From assembly GCA_965215195.1 (NCBI GenBank), contig CBDCDC010000001.1, forward strand, positions 320,001 to 384,000: 64,000 nucleotides of DNA. The letters run 5' to 3'. Of the stretch, positions 62,571 to 64,000 are shown in pieces (the stretch's first letter is position 1; every line of letters begins with the position of its first letter). This stretch comes from Candidatus Latescibacterota bacterium (lineage in GTDB: Bacteria; Latescibacterota; UBA2968; UBA8231). Position numbers and translations under genes: made by a program. Under the pieces are notes generated by a model. The model did not search any database. It saw only the letters and a program-made list of their open reading frames with translations, and was not told the DNA's origin.

Positions 62571-64000
62571 CGGAAGTGCCCTCCCCGCTCGACAATCCGG
62601 CCCATAGCTTCCGTGAGCTCCTTATAGTCTTCAGTGAACTTGCCGGCGATTTGGGCGAGTGCACCACCCATTTCGTTCATAACTCGCTCGATTTCCTGAT
62701 TCATCAATTGATCAAGGGCCTCTAGTTGGGCGTTGACAGCCTCTCCAGTGCGCGATGCGGACTGACGCATGTGTTCGTGTAGCCTCTCCACGCCTTGACC
62801 AATCGCTTGGTTCTGCGCACCAAGCACCTCGTTCACGGACGCCTCCAATTGACTTTGCATCTGCTGGATACTATCTGCGACCTCTCGTTGGACGGTCTGT
62901 GTGTTGCGCTGGATGCGTTCGCTAGCGTCGGTAAAAATTGCCAACGTTTCTCGCATCATCTTATTCTGTTCCTTTGTGTACGCGTCTAAACCTTGCAGTA
63001 GTTGCAGATGTTCCGCCTGTAGGTCGCGCTGGATGCGTTCACCGGCATCGGTAAAAGTTTTGAGCAACTCTTGCGCCTTCTCATCCTGCGCTTGGATGTA
63101 GCTATCCGAATTCGCCAGTAACTCCTTGTAGTGTTCGCTGGCGGTATCGACGGACGCGGCGACCGTGCGAGTTGTTTCTTCTACGTGTGCTTGCATCTGC
63201 GGCACTGCTTCTACGGCGCGATCTCGCATTTGGGCAAAAACATCGAGATGGTGCTCCAAATCGGCGAGTTGGTGCCTAGCCGTCTCCACGATGTCGGCGA
63301 GTTTCTCCATAGAAGCGGGAATGCTCGAACTCGACTCGGCAATGTGTGCCACCGCCGCGTCGATTTTGGTGATACTCTGAACCGACTGGTCGTAGAGCGC
63401 GTGGAGCTGTGCCAGTTGCCCGCGATAGTGCTCTTGCCATTCCACCAGCTTCTGAACTGAGTCGTCTAGCCTCTGGAAATTATCGCCGAATTGCTCGGTG
63501 ATCTTCTCGTTAAAATCGACGATAACCTGTCTCAGAGCATCAACGATCTGTTCGGTCGCTGCCTTAGAGAGCATCTGGGCAACTTCTTTTAGCTGCTCCC
63601 GCAGATGGTCTGCAAAAGTATCAAATGCCTGCTGGTCGTCTCGGTGCCAGTCAGCTAAATCCGTCCGCAGCAGTTTCATTTGTCCGGCCAAACTCGACTC
63701 TTCGTCGCCAGCCACCGCGGCCCGCGTCGCTGCCAAAAGCCGCGTCTGCTCGTCCAACTTGGCGAGAATATCTGCTGGCCCGACCTCGAGTTCGGGTTCG
63801 GTCTCTGCGGCCCTCAACCAAGGAGTTGTCGAAAGTGCCTTGAAGAGAATACCGAGGCCCATTCCCGTGATACTAGTGATGAACGCCGTCTTCAAACCGT
63901 TCAGCAGTTTCTCGATGCTCGCGTCTAACTGCGTCGGTGCCGGATCGAAATTCAGCAACCCGATCACGATACCGACAAAGGTGCCGAGAATTCCCAGTGA
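62567..64000 (-). CDS. zorA: Zorya ZorA (MotA-like with coiled-coil tail), 5' end outside the window
   Basis: LGILGTFVGI, LLNGLKTAFITSITG, FNEKITEQFGDNF..L...V.KLVEWQE. Confidence 0.88.
   Translation of the reverse strand, partial: SLGILGTFVGIVIGLLNFDPAPTQLDASIEKLLNGLKTAFITSITGMGLGILFKALSTTPWLRAAETEPELEVGPADILAKLDEQTRLLAATRAAVAGDEESSLAGQMKLLRTDLADWHRDDQQAFDTFADHLREQLKEVAQMLSKAATEQIVDALRQVIVDFNEKITEQFGDNFQRLDDSVQKLVEWQEHYRGQLAQLHALYDQSVQSITKIDAAVAHIAESSSSIPASMEKLADIVETARHQLADLEHHLDVFAQMRDRAVEAVPQMQAHVEETTRTVAASVDTASEHYKELLANSDSYIQAQDEKAQELLKTFTDAGERIQRDLQAEHLQLLQGLDAYTKEQNKMMRETLAIFTDASERIQRNTQTVQREVADSIQQMQSQLEASVNEVLGAQNQAIGQGVERLHEHMRQSASRTGEAVNAQLEALDQLMNQEIERVMNEMGGALAQIAGKFTEDYKELTEAMGRIVERGGHFR

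Overview
GC-rich bacterial chromosome segment. The housekeeping backbone comprises a UvrA-like ATPase, M24 peptidase, queC, queF, accA, a class I aminotransferase, argJ and an ilvC-leuA-leuC-leuD-leuB-cimA operon with a Leu/Ile/Val-rich leader peptide. This backbone is repeatedly interrupted by small accessory cassettes and gene scraps. From about 12 to 31 kb lies a decaying surface-polysaccharide locus (GT2 paralogs, flippase, sulfotransferase, a GT-C-like gene broken at a C10 tract). The window also holds five AAA-ATPase/PD-(D/E)XK genes, two Uma2 genes, an intact IS701-family element, HicAB and Doc modules, a HEPN-like gene, an M28/FtsX + DUF6785-like + OPT-like membrane cluster, and a type II Zorya locus with a truncated zorE at the right edge. 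The most striking unexplained structure is a set of integrase-free inserts bounded by exact 53-100 bp duplications of host gene ends (cimA, leuD, DUF6785-like gene), with an intact copy of the host gene kept in each case. One insert carries a retron-effector-like gene with no reverse transcriptase nearby. The ankyrin remnant and the AAA/Uma2/TA expansion are reminiscent of sponge-associated symbionts (inference only). All family assignments come from motif recognition by eye, not database searches. I recognised no rRNA, tRNA or CRISPR array.
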